Of a stretch of DNA of 64,000 nucleotides, positions 63,357 through 64,000 are shown piece after piece. The stretch comes from Guyparkeria hydrothermalis (GTDB lineage: Bacteria > Pseudomonadota > Gammaproteobacteria > Halothiobacillales > Halothiobacillaceae), in NCBI RefSeq assembly GCF_023555385.1, contig NZ_JAJSED010000001.1:1964311-2028310 (forward strand), in the 5' to 3' direction. The notes under the pieces are model-generated. The model was given only the letters and a program-made list of their open reading frames with translations, was not told where the DNA came from and searched no databases. The translations under genes and the position numbers were made by a program. Each line of letters starts with the position of its first letter. Positions within the stretch are counted from its first letter, which is position 1.

Positions 63357-64000
63357 GCGAACCGGCTGTCAGTCGCTTCAATCTCTCCGCGCTGGCGGTC
63401 CGCGAGCGCTCGGTCACCCTCTACCTGATCCTGCTGGTGGCCCTCGCCGGCCTTTACGCCTTCGTCTCCCTGGGGCGGGCCGAGGACCCGGCGTTCACCC
63501 TCAAGGTGATGCTCGCCGAGGCGCATTGGCCCGGGGCGACTGCGCGCGAGATGCAGGAGCAGGTGGGCGAACCGCTTGAGGTGGCGCTCGACAACGTGCC
63601 CTATTTCGACTTCGTCGAGACCATCGCGCGGCCGGGCTCGATCTATCTCAGGATCAACTTCGAGGAGTCCACCCCGCCCGAGGCGGTCGACAACGCCTTC
63701 TATCAGGTGCGCAAGCACCTCTCGGATGTCGAGCCGCAACTGCCGCCCGGGGTGGCCGGCCCGTATTTCAACGACGACTTCTCCGACGTCTACTTCACGC
63801 TCTACGCCCTGACCGCGCCGGGAGCGGACCAGCGCAGCCTGGTGCGGGCGGCCGAGACGCTGCGGCGCGAGGCCCTGCGGGTCGAGGGCGTCGACAAGGC
63901 GCACCTGATCGGCGAGCAGGACGACCGGGTCGAGGTGCGGCTCGACACCGCGCGCATCCAGTCGATGGGCCTGTCCACCGAGGCGGTTGCCGCGGCCATC
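63353..64000 (+). CDS. RND efflux transporter permease (AcrB/HAE1 family), 5' part; continues beyond window
   Basis: TTG at 63353 overlapping MFP stop (TTGA); stop-free frame to window end translating ...RFNLSALAVRERSVTLYLILLVALAGLYAF... typical of AcrB TM1 and porter domain. Confidence 0.75.
   Translation, partial: MSEPAVSRFNLSALAVRERSVTLYLILLVALAGLYAFVSLGRAEDPAFTLKVMLAEAHWPGATAREMQEQVGEPLEVALDNVPYFDFVETIARPGSIYLRINFEESTPPEAVDNAFYQVRKHLSDVEPQLPPGVAGPYFNDDFSDVYFTLYALTAPGADQRSLVRAAETLRREALRVEGVDKAHLIGEQDDRVEVRLDTARIQSMGLSTEAVAAAI

Overview
This 64 kb window is high-GC (about 65-70% by eye) and densely coding on both strands. It reads as core chromosome of a gammaproteobacterium, probably a halophilic or sulfur-associated lineage, rather than a mobile or accessory island.

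Gene content from start to end:
- aspS (3' end), nadA, an exported DsrE-like protein, an NhaP-type antiporter, and a tRNA-Gly/Val/Asp operon.
- A long minus-strand block: DUF1244, bolA, rnd, cyclophilin, dksA, a TonB-family protein, apbE, gshB and gshA.
- A Pil-Chp chemosensory cluster, pilG-pilH-pilI-pilJ-chpA-chpC, with no pilK or chpB. chpA encodes a 2199-aa protein.
- A cobalamin-riboswitch-controlled btuB-like receptor followed by a small single-cysteine membrane protein.
- nudE, cysQ, ycgL, a DUF4124 protein, a flotillin-like SPFH protein and hrpA.
- Several small membrane or secreted proteins, then a single-permease lolCD pair.
- A periplasmic two-subunit molybdenum hydroxylase with xdhC and mocA.
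- A sucrose module: GH100 invertase, sucrose-phosphate synthase, sucrose-phosphate phosphatase and mtfA.
- Bacterioferritin, a VIT-family protein, relA, a glycosyltransferase, modE-modA-modB-modC, photolyase, and the start of an RND efflux pump.

No CRISPR array, integrase, transposase or prophage signature was seen.

The most notable non-obvious signals:
1. In-frame hexanucleotide microsatellites, (ACCGAG)9 and (GCCGAA)9 followed by GTCGAT units, inside the chpA linker, together with a three-fold diverged internal acidic motif repeat in ChpA.
2. A canonical B12 riboswitch upstream of btuB, with a BtuM-like candidate membrane protein downstream.
3. A sharply AT-rich promoter region carrying a perfect 14-bp palindrome upstream of the exported DsrE-like gene.
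4. A ModE-box-like element embedded in the first codons of modE.
5. A phototroph-like invertase/SPS/SPP sucrose module, in which the SPS-fused SPP-like domain appears degenerate while the stand-alone SPP keeps DxDxT.

All calls were made by eye from the sequence and the supplied ORF track, with no searches run.
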